Shown piece after piece: positions 62,050 to 64,000 of a DNA stretch of 64,000 nt. The position numbers were made by a program, and so were the translations under genes. Position 1 is the stretch's first letter; each line of letters begins with the position of its first letter. This DNA comes from Candidatus Poribacteria bacterium (GTDB lineage Bacteria > Poribacteria > WGA-4E > JAJDTR01). The stretch covers positions 4,480,001-4,544,000 of the forward strand of contig CBDCTK010000002.1 of NCBI GenBank assembly GCA_965222225.1, in the 5' to 3' direction. Below the pieces are notes generated by a model. The model searched no databases. It had not been told where the DNA came from and was given only the letters and a program-made list of their open reading frames with translations.

Positions 62050-62928
62050 ATGAGATATGTGTTAAATGAGGTATTGAGATTCATCGTGGTTGTGACGGTT
62101 GCCGCGCTCTGTGTGTCCACTTCGTGGAGCAATGAACTGGTTTTCACTGCTATACCGGACCAGGACACCTCCCGACTGGAGCAGCGTTTTGGCAAAATAG
62201 CGGATTACTTATCGGAACAGTTGGGTATCGCAGTGAGGTATATACCGGTTAAGTCGTACAGCGCCTCTGTGCAGGCGTTCAAGAACAACGAGGTTCAACT
62301 GGCTTGGTTTGGAGGTCTTTCGGGAGTTCAGGCACGGCTTGGGGTGCCGGGATCGGTGGCTATTGCTCAGGGAGCAGAGGATCCCGATTTCATCTCCTAT
62401 TTCATCGCGAATACGAGCACGGGATTAGCGTTTTCCGAGAAGTTTCCGAAAGGCATCGCCGACAAAACCTTTACATTTGGTTCGAAAGGATCAACATCGG
62501 GACGCCTCATGCCCGAGTTTTTTATCCGACAGGCATTTGAGAAATCGCCGGACGATATCTTCAAGCGGGTAGGTTTCAGCGGCGACCATTCCAAAACGTT
62601 GGCTTTAGTGCAATCGGGCAGTTATGAAGTCGGCGCCATGAATTTTAAGGTATGGCGCAAAGAGGTCGAAGCGGGTAAGGTAGATCCAACGAAGGTACAG
62701 GTCATCTGGCGTACCCCACCGTATCCCGATTACAACTGGACAATTCGCGGGGATGTGGACAAGACGTTCGGAGACGGGTTTATCAGGAAGGTGCAGCAGG
62801 CAATTACCGACATTGATGATCCGGCTATACTTGAGGCCTTCCCGAGAGCAAGATTTATTCCTGCCGACAATTCCATGTACCAACCTATCCTAGATACCGC
62901 GATTGAGGTTGGAATTATCAGGAAGTAA
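62050..62928 (+). CDS. PhnD-like ABC substrate-binding protein (putative selenate-transporter subfamily)
   Basis: FTAIPDQD, AWFGGLSGVQAR, FGSKGSTSGRLMP, GFSGDH, TPPYPDYNW. Confidence 0.82.
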   Translation: MRYVLNEVLRFIVVVTVAALCVSTSWSNELVFTAIPDQDTSRLEQRFGKIADYLSEQLGIAVRYIPVKSYSASVQAFKNNEVQLAWFGGLSGVQARLGVPGSVAIAQGAEDPDFISYFIANTSTGLAFSEKFPKGIADKTFTFGSKGSTSGRLMPEFFIRQAFEKSPDDIFKRVGFSGDHSKTLALVQSGSYEVGAMNFKVWRKEVEAGKVDPTKVQVIWRTPPYPDYNWTIRGDVDKTFGDGFIRKVQQAITDIDDPAILEAFPRARFIPADNSMYQPILDTAIEVGIIRK

Positions 62929-63016
62929 CCGGGCATCATTGGCGGTAGAACGACGATTGTTGAGCTCTACCTCGTTGCTTTTACAAAATACACATCGCAC
63001 CCTTCATACCGTTTGT

Positions 63017-63180
63017 TACATAACCCAAGTTGCTACTTACAAGATTTTAGACATGCACCACCGGTTTTAATTGAGAACAATTCATTAATTGCGGAGATTT
63101 CGTAGCGCAAACTGTCAGTTTGCGCATCACAAGCACAACCTAACAGATTGTGCTACAAAGGTGGCAACTTAGGTTACATA
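63017..63180. mobile_element. MITE-B, about 165 bp with 20-bp imperfect TIRs and an internal REP
   Basis: TACATAACCCAAGTTGCTAC ... GTGGCAACTTAGGTTACATA; a similar end at 47788-47807. Confidence 0.6.
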
Positions 63181-63182
63181 CC

Positions 63183-63881
63183 ATGGAACCATCCACCGAA
63201 CCCGCACTTTTCACTTTGGAGGGGGAAAGTGTCGCCTACGAGAACAATGTCGCCTTGAAAAGTGTTTCCCTGCAAATCCACAGGGGGGAGAAGGTCGCTT
63301 TGATTGGGCCCAGCGGCGCCGGGAAAACTACGCTGCTTCGCACATTGTACGACAGAGTCGCGGGAAGATCGTCATTCGTGCATCAACATTACGCGCTCGT
63401 TCCGCAACTCTCTGCCTTCCACAACGTCTTCATCGGACGTCTTGACCAGCATTCCACAGTTTTCAACCTTCTGAACCTAATCAAACCCCAGGAAAGGATT
63501 CTGGATGAGATTGTCCCAATTTTGTCCAGACTCGGGATGGAGGAGAAGATTTTCGAGCGGGTAGTCGCGTTGTCGGGCGGTCAGCAGCAACGGGTAGCTG
63601 TCGCGCGCGCGATGTACCGCGGCGAGGATATCCTGCTGGCAGACGAACCCATCTCCTCGGTTGATCCGCATCAGGCGGCAACGGTAATGGAGTTGATTAT
63701 GCAGAGCGCAGAAACCATCGTGTTGTCACTACATGCCATCGACTTTGCGTTAAAGTTTGCCAAACGGATTATCGGACTACGTGACGGTGAGGTCCAGTTT
63801 GATTTGCCGGCTGAAAGCGTTTCTCAGACCATGCTTAGCAAGTTATACGAGAGCGAGTCTGTCGGGATTAATCTGTTTTAG
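63183..63881 (+). CDS. PhnC-like ABC ATP-binding protein
   Basis: GPSGAGKTT, LSGGQQQRVAVARA, LLADEP. Confidence 0.9.
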   Translation: MEPSTEPALFTLEGESVAYENNVALKSVSLQIHRGEKVALIGPSGAGKTTLLRTLYDRVAGRSSFVHQHYALVPQLSAFHNVFIGRLDQHSTVFNLLNLIKPQERILDEIVPILSRLGMEEKIFERVVALSGGQQQRVAVARAMYRGEDILLADEPISSVDPHQAATVMELIMQSAETIVLSLHAIDFALKFAKRIIGLRDGEVQFDLPAESVSQTMLSKLYESESVGINLF

Positions 63882-64000
63882 TGTGAGCCAAGGGCGGGCA
63901 TGGATTAACACAGATGATCGCGAGTACGATGAAGATTCTGTGAGCCGTCGGAAAACAGGCGATAGAATGAACATCCTAGCGGGCAGCGGAGGCGATGCTG

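Noticed and set aside
63882-64000. Start of the ABC permease
   Set aside because: Expected from context, but too little sequence is present to support a call

Overview
Bacterial genomic window with roughly balanced GC. The dockerin-type repeat, the PhyH-like dioxygenase and the repeat-rich intergenic DNA suggest a Candidatus Poribacteria-like organism (inference only). Layout: the nuoN 3' end; an F1Fo ATP synthase operon interrupted twice by accessory genes (546-12479); a sigma54 activator with a complete IS701-type element just upstream; a ~15-kb defence island (19560-34957) holding an AbiA-type RT-HEPN gene, a type I RM system with a nonsense-mutated hsdS and two inserted genes, a CapH/CapP-like regulator pair, a patatin + CD-NTase CBASS and a TA module; then rfbB, queD, mobA/moeA, MNT-HEPN, iscA/iscU-like genes, a CUAEP-tail radical SAM selenoprotein with a SECIS hairpin, a phosphonate catabolism pair, a large outer-membrane protein, an SRAP pseudogene, an acyl-CoA synthetase with bdhA, a nusB cluster and a PhnD/PhnC-like ABC transporter. 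The most unusual signal is non-coding. A degenerate ~36-nt unit (consensus GATCAANNRARYGRATARYGANYGCGATAGARATYC) occurs at about 14 intergenic loci. It usually sits inside GTAG-type REP hairpins in a fixed orientation and is repeatedly nested inside earlier copies of itself. All calls come from reading the sequence by eye; no database searches were run.
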